This document shows positions 40,515-49,525 of a stretch of DNA of 64,000 nt, in pieces. A model generated the notes under the pieces. The model was not told the origin of the DNA, made no database searches, and saw nothing but the letters and a program-made list of their open reading frames with translations. Within the stretch, counting starts at the first letter, position 1. Each line of letters starts with the position of its first letter. Source of the DNA: Anaerolineales bacterium (GTDB lineage Bacteria; Chloroflexota; Anaerolineae; Anaerolineales; RBG-16-64-43); contig JAFGKK010000002.1 of the NCBI GenBank assembly GCA_016928575.1, positions 65,519 to 129,518 of the forward strand. The letters run 5' to 3'. A program made the translations under genes and the position numbers.

Positions 40515-42497
40515 ATGGACCAACCACAACTGAACTGGATCGCCAACTTCATCTGGGGAATCGCCGACGACGTGCTCCGCGACCTCTACGTGCGCGGCAA
40601 GTACCGCGACGTGATCCTGCCGATGACGGTGCTGCGCCGCTTCGACGCGGTGCTCGAGCCTACCAAGCAGGCCGTGCTCGATATGAAGAAGAAGCTCGAT
40701 AAGGCGAAAATTACCAACCAGGATCCGGCGCTCCGCCAGGCGGCCGGGCAGGGTTTTTACAACACCTCCAAATTCACCCTGCGCGATTTAAAGGCCCGCG
40801 CCAGCCAGCAGCAGCTCCGGGCTGATTTCGAAGCCTACCTCGGAGGCTTCTCGCCCAACGTCCAGGAGATCCTCGAAAATTTCGAGTTCCGCAACCAAAT
40901 TCCAAGGCTCTCGAAGGCCGATGCGCTGGGCACGCTGATCGAGAAGTTCCTCTCGCCCGAAATCAACCTCAGCCCGAACCCGGTCCTGAATTCCGACGGC
41001 TCGGAAAAGACACCCGGCCTCGACAACCACGCCATTGGGACCGTATTTGAAGAGCTGGTGCGGCGCTTCAACGAGGAAAACAACGAGGAGGCCGGCGAGC
41101 ACTGGACCCCGCGGGACGCGGTGCGGCTGATGGCGAACCTGATTTTCCTGCCGATCGCCGACGAAATCGAATCCGGGACCTACCTGCTCTACGACGGCGC
41201 GCTCGGCACCGGCGGCATGCTGACCGTGGCGGAAGAGACGCTCAAGGAGCTGGCCGGGAAGCACGGCAAGCAGGTCGCCACGCACCTCTACGGACAGGAG
41301 ATCAACTCCGAGACCTACGCCATCTGCAAGGCGGACCTGCTGCTCAAGGGCGAGGGCGAGGCGGCCGACAACATCGTCGGCGGCCCCGAGTATTCCACGC
41401 TCTCCAACGACGCCTTCCCCTCGCGCGAATTCGACTTCATGCTCTCCAACCCGCCGTACGGAAAAAGCTGGAAAAGCGACCTGGAGCGGATGGGCGGCAA
41501 GGGCGGGATCAAGGACCCGCGCTTTGTCATCGAGCACGCGGGGGATCCGGAATACTCGCTGATAACCCGCTCGAGCGACGGCCAGATGCTGTTCCTGGCG
41601 AATATGCTTTCCAAGATGAAGCACGGCAACAAGCTCGGCAGCCGGATCGCCGAGGTGCACAACGGCTCATCGCTGTTCACCGGCGATGCCGGGCAGGGCG
41701 AGAGCAACATCCGCCGTTGGATCATCGAGAACGATTGGCTGGAGGCGATCGTCGCCCTGCCGCTTAATATGTTCTACAACACCGGCATCGCCACCTACAT
41801 CTGGGTGATTGGCAACCGCAAGCCCAAACACCGCGCCGGCAAGGTGCAGCTCATCGACGCCACGCAGTGGTACAAGCCGCTGCGTAAGAACCTGGGCAAG
41901 AAGAACTGCGAGCTCTCGCCTGAAGATATCGAGCGGATTTGCGACGCATTCCTGCGGTTCGAGGAAACTGAGCAATCGAAAATCTTCCCGAACGCCGCCT
42001 TCGGCTACTGGAAGGTGACGGTCGAACGCCCGCTCCGGTTGAAGGGCATCGACCCCGAAAAGGAATATTCGCCGAAGGAAATCAAGGCGCTCAAAGAAAG
42101 TTCCGAGCGCGCCGAGGATGCGCCGCCGGTCATCCGCAAGATTCATAGGAAGGGAACCGCCGCCGATCCGCTGCGCGGATTGTTCCCGGTGACCATCGGC
42201 GGAAAAGCGGCCGTCGTCGAATACGAGCCCGACCCGGACCTGCGCGACACCGAGCAGGTGCCGATGCTGGAAAAGGGCGGCGTCGAGCCCTTCATCCGCC
42301 GCGAAGTGCTTCCGCACGCCGCGGACGCCTGGATCCTCGCCGAGAGCGTCAAGACCGGATACGAGATCAGCTTCACGCGCTACTTCTACAAGCCGCAGCC
42401 GCTGCGCACGCTGGAGGAAATCCGCACCGACATCCTGGCGCTGGACAAGGAAACCAAGGGTCTCTTGGATGAGATCATCGGGGGCAATGGGGCATGA
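40515..42497 (+). CDS. hsdM: Type I restriction-modification system, DNA methyltransferase subunit M
   Basis: HsdM N-terminal domain NWIANFIWGIADDVLRDLYVRGKYRDVILPMTVLRRFD. AdoMet motif YDGALGTGGML. Catalytic NPPYG (MLSNPPYGKSW). The start is moved to ATG 40515. Confidence 0.92.
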   Translation: MDQPQLNWIANFIWGIADDVLRDLYVRGKYRDVILPMTVLRRFDAVLEPTKQAVLDMKKKLDKAKITNQDPALRQAAGQGFYNTSKFTLRDLKARASQQQLRADFEAYLGGFSPNVQEILENFEFRNQIPRLSKADALGTLIEKFLSPEINLSPNPVLNSDGSEKTPGLDNHAIGTVFEELVRRFNEENNEEAGEHWTPRDAVRLMANLIFLPIADEIESGTYLLYDGALGTGGMLTVAEETLKELAGKHGKQVATHLYGQEINSETYAICKADLLLKGEGEAADNIVGGPEYSTLSNDAFPSREFDFMLSNPPYGKSWKSDLERMGGKGGIKDPRFVIEHAGDPEYSLITRSSDGQMLFLANMLSKMKHGNKLGSRIAEVHNGSSLFTGDAGQGESNIRRWIIENDWLEAIVALPLNMFYNTGIATYIWVIGNRKPKHRAGKVQLIDATQWYKPLRKNLGKKNCELSPEDIERICDAFLRFEETEQSKIFPNAAFGYWKVTVERPLRLKGIDPEKEYSPKEIKALKESSERAEDAPPVIRKIHRKGTAADPLRGLFPVTIGGKAAVVEYEPDPDLRDTEQVPMLEKGGVEPFIRREVLPHAADAWILAESVKTGYEISFTRYFYKPQPLRTLEEIRTDILALDKETKGLLDEIIGGNGA

Positions 42498-43186
42498 AGG
42501 GCGATATACCGGAAAAACCTCGTCGTAAATCGCTCCGGCTGCCTAACTACGATTACGCGGCCGACGGCGCCTATTTTGTAACCATCTGCACGGCCGGCCG
42601 CCAATGCCTGTTTGGAGAGGCGGCAGGCGGCCGGGTCATCCTGAAAGACGGCGGTCGAGCAGCGCGGGCGTGTTGGATGGAAATTCCCGCCCATTACCCG
42701 GCGGTGCGATTGGATTCGTTCGTAGTGATGCCGAACCATATTCACGGGATCATCGTGATTGACAATTCGGCGGATATCGGGATGGCGCGGGACGCAGGGG
42801 CGAATGGTATTTCCGCAGGGGCGAACGGTATTTCCGCAGGGGCGAATAATTATTCGCCCCTACGGGGACCCGTGTTGCGGACCGCATCCCGTGGTGCGGA
42901 TGTCCGCGCGGCGGTGCGGTTCCGTTCCCCGTCCAGGACCGTGGGATCCATTGTGCGCGGGTTTAAAATCGGCGTGACGAAATGGTTCCGATCGAACACG
43001 GACGTCGCCAACGTCTGGCAACGCAACTATTACGAACACATCATCCGCGACGAGGCGTCGTTGCGGCGCATCCGCGAGTATATCGCCGCGAATCCTGCGC
43101 GGTGGGCGTACGATGCCGAAAACCAGGAACACGCGCGGGCCGACGGCATTCCGCTCCAGGTTCCGGGCGAGGGTAAACACGTATGA
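42494..43186 (+). CDS. IS200/IS605-like Y1 (HUH) transposase homologue, RAYT-like
   Basis: 230 aa. Motif PNYDYAADGAYFVTICT. HUH motif VVMPNHIHGIIVI. Catalytic-Tyr motif WQRNYYEHIIRDE..IREYIAANPARW. ATGA overlaps with hsdM (42494-42497) and hsdS (43183-43186). Confidence 0.8.
   Translation: MKGDIPEKPRRKSLRLPNYDYAADGAYFVTICTAGRQCLFGEAAGGRVILKDGGRAARACWMEIPAHYPAVRLDSFVVMPNHIHGIIVIDNSADIGMARDAGANGISAGANGISAGANNYSPLRGPVLRTASRGADVRAAVRFRSPSRTVGSIVRGFKIGVTKWFRSNTDVANVWQRNYYEHIIRDEASLRRIREYIAANPARWAYDAENQEHARADGIPLQVPGEGKHV
42794..42860. repeat. 2.5 copies of a 21-nt tandem repeat ending in a perfect 22-nt palindrome, inside the RAYT-like ORF
   Basis: gcaggggcgaatggtatttcc / gcaggggcgaacggtatttcc / gcaggggcgaataattattcgcccc. 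The palindrome ggggcgaataattattcgcccc lies at 42839-42860. The repeat encodes GANGISAGANGISAGANNYSP in frame. Confidence 0.9.
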
Positions 43187-44535
43187 TCGCCGAGCTAAAG
43201 GCTTATCCTAAAATGAAGGACTCCGGCGTGCCGTGGCTCGGGAAGATCCCGTACCATTGGAATATGAGGCGCGCGAAATGGTTATTTCGAAAAATGAATC
43301 GTATCGTTCGCGATTTTGATGAAGTGGTTACTTGTTTTCGCGATGGCTCAGTTACATTAAGGAAGAACAGAAGACTACGTGGATTTACCGAGTCCTTGAA
43401 GGAAATCGGATATCAAGGAATTCGGCAGGGTGACCTTGTAATACATGCAATGGATGCCTTTGCGGGTGCAATCGGGGTTGCTGATTCCGATGGAAAGGGC
43501 ACACCTGTTTATTCGGTATGTAAGCCTATGCAGGCGGCTAACTCGCACTACTTTGCATTTACAGTAAGAGAGATGGCTCGGAGCGCGTGGATTCAAGCCC
43601 TAGCAAAGGGAATACGGGAGAGATCAACGGATTTCCGTTTTGAGGAATTCTCTTCACAATTATTGCCTCTTCCGCCGAGCGGCGAACAAGCAGCCATCGT
43701 CCGCTTCCTCGACTACATGGACCGGCGGATACGGCGATACATTCGCGCCAAGCAGAAGCTGATCAAACTGCTGGAGGAGCAGAAGCAGGCCATCATCCAC
43801 CGCGCCGTCACCCGCGGGCTCGATCCAAACGTCCGCCTCAAGCCGTCCGGCGTGGCGTGGTTGGGGGAGGTGCCGGAGCACTGGGAAATTAGGCGATTAA
43901 AAAACCTATGCTCAATGAGGAGTGGTGAGGGCATTACTGCAATTTCAATCGAGCCGAAGGGTGATTATCCCGTATTCGGTGGTAACGGGATACGAGGTTA
44001 TACATCTCAATATACACATGATGGAAATTTTATTTTACTCGGGCGTCAAGGGGCATTATGTGGAAATGTTCATGTTGCACATGGCCGTTTTTGGGCTTCA
44101 GAGCATGCAGTAGTAACCACACTCCATGGAACCAACGATTTAAATTGGTTAGCTGCAGTATTACGAATAATGAATCTTAATCAATATTCAATAGCAGCGG
44201 CACAACCTGGGCTTGCCGTCGAAAGGATTCAGAACCTTACAATACCAATTCCTCCCAGACAAGAACAGGAGTTTATTGCTGAAAAAATCCAAGGATCAAC
44301 AACAAGTTTAGCGATTGCCATCGAAAAAATGCATCGCGAGATTTCAATTATCCGCGAATACCGCACCCGCCTTATCGCCGACGTGGTCACCGGCAAACTC
44401 GACGTGCGCGAGGCGGCGGCGCGCCTGCCGGATGAGATGGAGGAACCCGAGCCGATCGAAGAAGAATCGGAGAATGGCGCGGAAGAAGCGGAATCCGGTG
44501 AGATGGATGAGGCGCCGGAGGAGGCCGAATCATGA
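43183..44535 (+). CDS. hsdS: Type I restriction-modification system, specificity subunit S
   Basis: Two variable target-recognition regions alternate with two conserved helices: LPLPPSGEQAAIVRFLDYMDRRIRRYIRAKQKLIKLLEEQKQAIIHRAVTRG and IPIPPRQEQEFIAEKI..REISIIREYRTRLIADVVTGKLDVRE. Acidic C-terminal tail. Confidence 0.9.
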   Translation: MIAELKAYPKMKDSGVPWLGKIPYHWNMRRAKWLFRKMNRIVRDFDEVVTCFRDGSVTLRKNRRLRGFTESLKEIGYQGIRQGDLVIHAMDAFAGAIGVADSDGKGTPVYSVCKPMQAANSHYFAFTVREMARSAWIQALAKGIRERSTDFRFEEFSSQLLPLPPSGEQAAIVRFLDYMDRRIRRYIRAKQKLIKLLEEQKQAIIHRAVTRGLDPNVRLKPSGVAWLGEVPEHWEIRRLKNLCSMRSGEGITAISIEPKGDYPVFGGNGIRGYTSQYTHDGNFILLGRQGALCGNVHVAHGRFWASEHAVVTTLHGTNDLNWLAAVLRIMNLNQYSIAAAQPGLAVERIQNLTIPIPPRQEQEFIAEKIQGSTTSLAIAIEKMHREISIIREYRTRLIADVVTGKLDVREAAARLPDEMEEPEPIEEESENGAEEAESGEMDEAPEEAES

Positions 44536-45176
44536 CCGTTCCGGCGCAGCCCAAGATTTATCATATCGTTCATGTGGACCTGCTGGAATCCATCATTGCC
44601 GACGGACAAATCTGATGCGATCGGGAGAAACAAAGGCATCCGCTTACCGGAACTCCCATCGGGATGAGCGGGGTTAAGCGGCGGCGGCTTGAAGAGCTGC
44701 GTCTTTCCAGCCATCCCGACCTGTTCGTGGGGGATTGCGTGCCTTTCTACTTTTGACCGCGTTCGGTCATGCTGTACATGATCGCCCAGGGCAATCATCC
44801 GGAACTAACCTACCATGGCGGGCAGGATCCCATTATCCATCTCGAAGCCGACCTGCGTTCGGTAGTCGCCTGGGCCGATGCAAATGGCCGGCGTTGGGCT
44901 TTCACATTATCCAACGCGGGCGCCCGGTATTTTGAGGACCGGTGCGACCTTGACCGGCTTGGCGAAATAAATTGGGACGCGGTGGAAGCCACCGAATGGA
45001 GGTTATGCAAAGACGGAAAACAAGCCGAATTCCTTCTGGAACGCAGCTTTCCCTGGAGCTTGGTGGAACGGATCGGGGTACATTCGCAGGGAATCTACCA
45101 AAGGGTGGCGAATGCCCTTCCGAAAACGGGCCATCATCCGGGGGCGGAAATCCGCACGGAATGGTATTATCCATGA
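44532..45176 (+). pseudogene. darT: DarT (DUF4433) ssDNA ADP-ribosyltransferase toxin, single frame interrupted by two in-frame TGA codons
   Basis: One frame from ATG 44532 to TGA 45176 reads MTVPAQPKIYHIVHVDLLESIIADGQI*CDRE..FVGDCVPFYF*PRSVMLYMIAQG..WAFTLSNAGARYF..KQAEFLLERSFPW. The in-frame TGAs lie at 44613-44615 and 44754-44756. No frameshift. ATGA overlaps at both ends. Confidence 0.8.
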
Positions 45177-46252
45177 AGGAGACCGCGATGATCGAATATA
45201 AAAGCGGCGACATTTTGAACAGCAAGGCCGACGCGCTCGTCAACAGCGTCAATTGCGTCGGCGTGATGGGGCGCGGAATCGCGTTGCAGTTCAAAACCGC
45301 CTATCCGGACAACTTCAAAGCGTATGCCGCGGCCTGCAAACGGGAGGAAATTCAGCCCGGCCGCATGTTTGTCTTTGAAACCGGCCGGATAGACCCTCCG
45401 CGGTTCATTATCAATTTCCCCACCAAACGCCACTGGCGGGGTAAGAGCCGGATCGAAGATATCGAAGCCGGATTGACGGCGCTTGCGGGAGTCATTCGTT
45501 CCAAGGGTATTCATTCGATTGCGATCCCGCCCTTGGGGGCCGGTCTGGGCGGGCTGGATTGGGCCAGCGAGGTGCGGCCGCGCATCGAGCAAGCATTGAG
45601 TCCGCTGACCGATGTGACCGTTCTCATTTATAAGCCGGAAGGGGCGCCGGCGTCGGACGTCATGAAGCACCGCCGTGATGTGCCAAAAATGACTCCCGGC
45701 CGGGCCGCCTTGGTGGGATTGATGTCCCGCTATCTCGGCGGTCTGCTCGATCCTTTCATTACTCTTCTGGAATTGCATAAACTGATGTATTTTATGCAGG
45801 AGGCCGGAGAGCCTTTACAGCTTCGATATAAGCAAGGTCTCTTTGGCCCGTATGCGGAAAATTTACGCCACGTTTTGCATGAAATCGACGGGTACATGGT
45901 CGCCGGATACAACAACGGCGGCGACGCGCCCCATAAGCAATTAACTCTTGTGCCCGGGGCGGTGGCGGATGCCGAAACTATCCTGAATGAGCATGAGGAT
46001 ACACGCGTTCGTTTCGACCGGGTGGCTTCGCTGGTGGATGGTTTCGAATCGCCGTTTGGATTGGAATTGCTTTCCACCGTCCATTGGGTGATGAAGAACG
46101 AGCCGGTGCGTTCGCAGGAGGAGGTAGTCGATCGCACCTATTCGTGGAACGAGCGCAAGCGTCAGTTTACCCCCCGTCAAATAAAAATCGCAGCGGAGAC
46201 CCTCATGGAAAAGGAATGGGTGTCTCCCCTGCCTGGGCAAATCTCGCAGTGA
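45173..46252 (+). CDS. darG: DarG antitoxin (macrodomain DNA ADP-ribosyl glycohydrolase + C-terminal DarT-binding domain)
   Basis: Macrodomain IEYKSGDILNSKADALVNSVNCVGVMGRGIALQFK..INFPTKRHWRGKSR..IAIPPLGAGLGGLDW. ATGA overlap with darT at 45173-45176. Confidence 0.85.
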   Translation: MKETAMIEYKSGDILNSKADALVNSVNCVGVMGRGIALQFKTAYPDNFKAYAAACKREEIQPGRMFVFETGRIDPPRFIINFPTKRHWRGKSRIEDIEAGLTALAGVIRSKGIHSIAIPPLGAGLGGLDWASEVRPRIEQALSPLTDVTVLIYKPEGAPASDVMKHRRDVPKMTPGRAALVGLMSRYLGGLLDPFITLLELHKLMYFMQEAGEPLQLRYKQGLFGPYAENLRHVLHEIDGYMVAGYNNGGDAPHKQLTLVPGAVADAETILNEHEDTRVRFDRVASLVDGFESPFGLELLSTVHWVMKNEPVRSQEEVVDRTYSWNERKRQFTPRQIKIAAETLMEKEWVSPLPGQISQ

Positions 46253-49200
46253 GCGTCACCGACATCTCCGAACGCGGCCTCGAAAGTCTGATCTGCGCGG
46301 CGTTGACCGGCTCGCCGTGTCTGTCCGCCGAAGGCTCGGCGATGGCGGGCGAAACGGGAGACGCCCAAGCTGTCCATGAACGGCCGGCGGCCTACGGAGC
46401 CGGATGGATCTGCGGCGATCCGGAAGCCTACGACCGCGAATATTGCGTCGACCTCGCCCAATTATCGGCTTTCCTGAACGCGACCCAGCCGGAAACCGCC
46501 GACGCGCTCGAACTCGGCCGCGACGGCCCTGCGCGCCGCTCGTTCCTGGCGCGGTTGCAGGGCGAAATCAGCAAGCGCGGAACCATCGACGTCTTACGCA
46601 ACGGCATTAAGCACGGACCGCACCACATCGACCTGTTTTTCGGAACCCCCTCGCCGGGCAACGCCAAAGCTGCCGAGCGCTTTGCCGCGGACCGTTTCAG
46701 CGTCACCCGCCAGTTGCGCTACAGCCGGGATGAAACCCAGCATTCGCTCGACCTGTGCCTATTCATTAACGGTCTGCCCGTCGCCACCTTCGAACTGAAG
46801 AACAGCCTGACCAAGCAAACGGTCGAGGACGCCATCCAGCAGTACCAGCGCGACCGCGATCCGCGCGAGAGGCTCTTCGAGTTCGGGCGCTGCGTGGCGC
46901 ATTTCGCCGTGGACGACCATGAAGTGCGTTTCTGCACCCACCTCGCCGGCAAGAGCGCCTGGTTCCTGCCTTTCAACCGGGGCTGGAACGACGGCGCAGG
47001 CAATCCACCCAATCCGGACGGCTTGAAAACCGACTACCTCTGGAAGCGAATCCTCACCCGCGACGGCCTCACAGACATTCTCGAAAACTACGCGCAGATC
47101 ATCGAAACCAAGGACCCGAAGTCCGGTAAGAAAAAAGCGGTTCAAATCTGGCCGCGGTTCCATCAGCTCGACGTGGTGCGCAAACTGCTCGCCGACATCC
47201 GGGAAGCCGGCGCCGGCCGGCGCTACCTGGTCCATCACTCGGCGGGGAGCGGAAAATCCAACTCCATCGCCTGGCTGGCGCACCAGCTGATCGGCTTGAA
47301 AAAGAACGACGCCGCTGTCTTCGATTCGATCATCGTCGTCACCGACCGGATCCTCCTCGACCAGCAGATCCGCGACACGATCAAACAATTCGCCCAGGTC
47401 AGCGCCACGGTCGGCCATGCCGAGCGTTCGGGGGACCTGCGCAAGTTCATCGCCGAGGGAAAGAAGATCATCATCACCACGGTGCAGAAGTTCCCCTTTA
47501 TTCTCGATGAGATCGGCAGCGAGCATCGCGGGCGGAAATTCGCGATCATCATCGACGAGGCGCACTCCAGCCAGGGCGGCCGCACCTCGGCGGCGTTGTC
47601 GATGGCGCTCTCCGCGGCCGGAGCCGAGGACGAAGACGAAACGCTGGAAGACAAGATCAACCGGTTGATGGAATCCAAGAAGCTGCTGCCCAACGCCAGC
47701 TACTTCGCCTTCACGGCCACGCCCAAGAACAAGACGCTCGAGATTTTCGGCGAGCCCGAGCCGCAGCCGGACGGCAAGGTCAAGCACCGGCCGTTCCACA
47801 GCTATACGATGAAGCAAGCCATCCAGGAGGGTTTCATCCTGGATGTGCTTAAGTATTACACGCCGGTGGACAGCTACTACAAGCTGGTCAAGAAAATCGA
47901 GGGCGACCCCGAATTCGACACCAAACGGGCGAAGAAAAAACTGCGCCGCTACGTCGAAAGCCACGAACACGCCATCCGGCTCAAAGCCGAGATCATGGTC
48001 GACCACTTCCACGAGCAAGTTTTGGCGCTGAATAAAATCGGCGGCGAGGCGCGGGCGATGGTCGTGACGAGCGGCATCGAGCGCGCAATACAGTACTTCC
48101 ACGCCATCCGCGACTACCTGGCCGAGCGCAAGAGCCGTTACCGGGCGATTGTGGCGTTTTCGGGCGAGCACGAATACGGCGGGGTCAAGGTCACTGAGGC
48201 GTCTCTCAACGGTTTCCCTTCCAGCCAAATCGCCGACAAAATTCAGGAGGATCCGTATCGTTTTCTGATCTGCGCCGATAAATTCCAGACCGGATACGAC
48301 GAACCGCTTCTGCACACGATGTACGTGGATAAGGTGCTTTCCGGGATCAAGGCCGTGCAGACCCTTTCGCGCCTCAACCGGGCGCATCCGAAGAAGCACG
48401 ACGTGTTCGTGCTCGACTTCATGAACGACTCCGACACGATCCAGTTGGCGTTCTCCGACTACTACCGGACGACGATTCTGGCGGAGGAGACCGATCCCAA
48501 CAAACTGCACGACCTGAAGGCATCACTCGACGATTATCAGGTCTATGCACCCGTGCAGGTGGAAGAGCTCGTAGCGCTCTATCTGGGCGGCGCCGACCGC
48601 GACCGGCTCGACCCGATCCTCGACGCCAGCGTCGCGGAATACCGGGGGCGGCTGAACGAGGACGGGCAGGTCGATTTCAAGGGAAAGGCCAAAGCCTTCC
48701 TGCGGACATACGGATTCCTATCCTCGATCCTGCCGTATACCAATGCCGATTGGGAAAAGCTTTCAATCTTCTTAACATTCCTGGTTCCCAAATTACCGGC
48801 GCCGGTGGAAGAAGACCTCGCGCGTGGGATCCTCGAAGCGATCGACATGGACAGTTATCGAGTGGAAAAACAGGCGGCCATCCGGATCCAGCTTCCCGAC
48901 GCTGACGCGGAGATTGGCCCGGTCCCCGCGCTCGGCGGCGGCCACCTGCCCGAACCCGAACTCGACCGGCTTTCCAACATCATCAAAGCCTTCAATGACC
49001 AATTCGGGAACATCCCCTGGTCCGATGCCGACCGGGTACACAAGCTGATCACCGAGGACATCCCCAGCCGGGTCGCTGCGGACAAGGCGTACCAAAATGC
49101 GCGACTGAATTCCGACAGACAAAACGCCCGGATCGAGCACGACAAGGCGCTCGCCCGGGTGATGACGACGGTGCTGAGGGACGACACCGAGTTGTTCAAA

Positions 49201-49281
49201 CAGTTCATGGATAATGAGGGATTCCGGCGCTGGCTGACGGATACGGTGTTCGGGCTGACGTATGAATCCCCAAGACCATAG
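46249..49281 (+). CDS. hsdR: Type I restriction enzyme, endonuclease/translocase subunit R
   Basis: N-terminal PD-(D/E)xK region DLCLFINGLPVATFELKN. Helicase motif I HHSAGSGKSNSIAWLA and motif II IIIDEAHSSQ. Later motifs are present. GTG 46249 is proposed as the start because it forms a GTGA overlap with the darG stop. ATG 46216 is the alternative. Confidence 0.9.
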   Translation: MSVTDISERGLESLICAALTGSPCLSAEGSAMAGETGDAQAVHERPAAYGAGWICGDPEAYDREYCVDLAQLSAFLNATQPETADALELGRDGPARRSFLARLQGEISKRGTIDVLRNGIKHGPHHIDLFFGTPSPGNAKAAERFAADRFSVTRQLRYSRDETQHSLDLCLFINGLPVATFELKNSLTKQTVEDAIQQYQRDRDPRERLFEFGRCVAHFAVDDHEVRFCTHLAGKSAWFLPFNRGWNDGAGNPPNPDGLKTDYLWKRILTRDGLTDILENYAQIIETKDPKSGKKKAVQIWPRFHQLDVVRKLLADIREAGAGRRYLVHHSAGSGKSNSIAWLAHQLIGLKKNDAAVFDSIIVVTDRILLDQQIRDTIKQFAQVSATVGHAERSGDLRKFIAEGKKIIITTVQKFPFILDEIGSEHRGRKFAIIIDEAHSSQGGRTSAALSMALSAAGAEDEDETLEDKINRLMESKKLLPNASYFAFTATPKNKTLEIFGEPEPQPDGKVKHRPFHSYTMKQAIQEGFILDVLKYYTPVDSYYKLVKKIEGDPEFDTKRAKKKLRRYVESHEHAIRLKAEIMVDHFHEQVLALNKIGGEARAMVVTSGIERAIQYFHAIRDYLAERKSRYRAIVAFSGEHEYGGVKVTEASLNGFPSSQIADKIQEDPYRFLICADKFQTGYDEPLLHTMYVDKVLSGIKAVQTLSRLNRAHPKKHDVFVLDFMNDSDTIQLAFSDYYRTTILAEETDPNKLHDLKASLDDYQVYAPVQVEELVALYLGGADRDRLDPILDASVAEYRGRLNEDGQVDFKGKAKAFLRTYGFLSSILPYTNADWEKLSIFLTFLVPKLPAPVEEDLARGILEAIDMDSYRVEKQAAIRIQLPDADAEIGPVPALGGGHLPEPELDRLSNIIKAFNDQFGNIPWSDADRVHKLITEDIPSRVAADKAYQNARLNSDRQNARIEHDKALARVMTTVLRDDTELFKQFMDNEGFRRWLTDTVFGLTYESPRP

Positions 49282-49525
49282 ACGGAGTAACATGCCGGAA
49301 TTTTCAGACTGAGCGGCAGGCAAGGACCGAGATGCACAGAGCATCAAACAGCCGGAAGGGTTACTTCTGATGAAATATTACCCGCGTCTCGCTAACCCAT
49401 AAATGGATTAGGTTGACGCAACACCGGCTCGTTATCGGGGGGGGGGTGAACGATGAGGAATTGGATTTCATCGCCAAATATGATGCCCGATAACGAATGG
49501 GAGCCGAAATAGACGAGGGGAAGCA

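Noticed and set aside
44613-44756. TGA recoded as a sense codon (genetic code 4 or 25) to explain the two in-frame TGAs in darT
   Set aside because: Many well-supported genes in the window end at TGA, including the ATGA-coupled hsdM, RAYT-like gene, hsdS, darT itself and the OmpR regulator. No other conserved gene needs TGA read-through.
49399-49412. 12-nt match ataaatggatta here and, inverted, at ~63947-63958, as possible terminal inverted repeats of a 14.5-kb element
   Set aside because: The match does not extend on either side. Both sites are in locally AT-rich DNA, and nothing else supports a composite element. It is probably chance.
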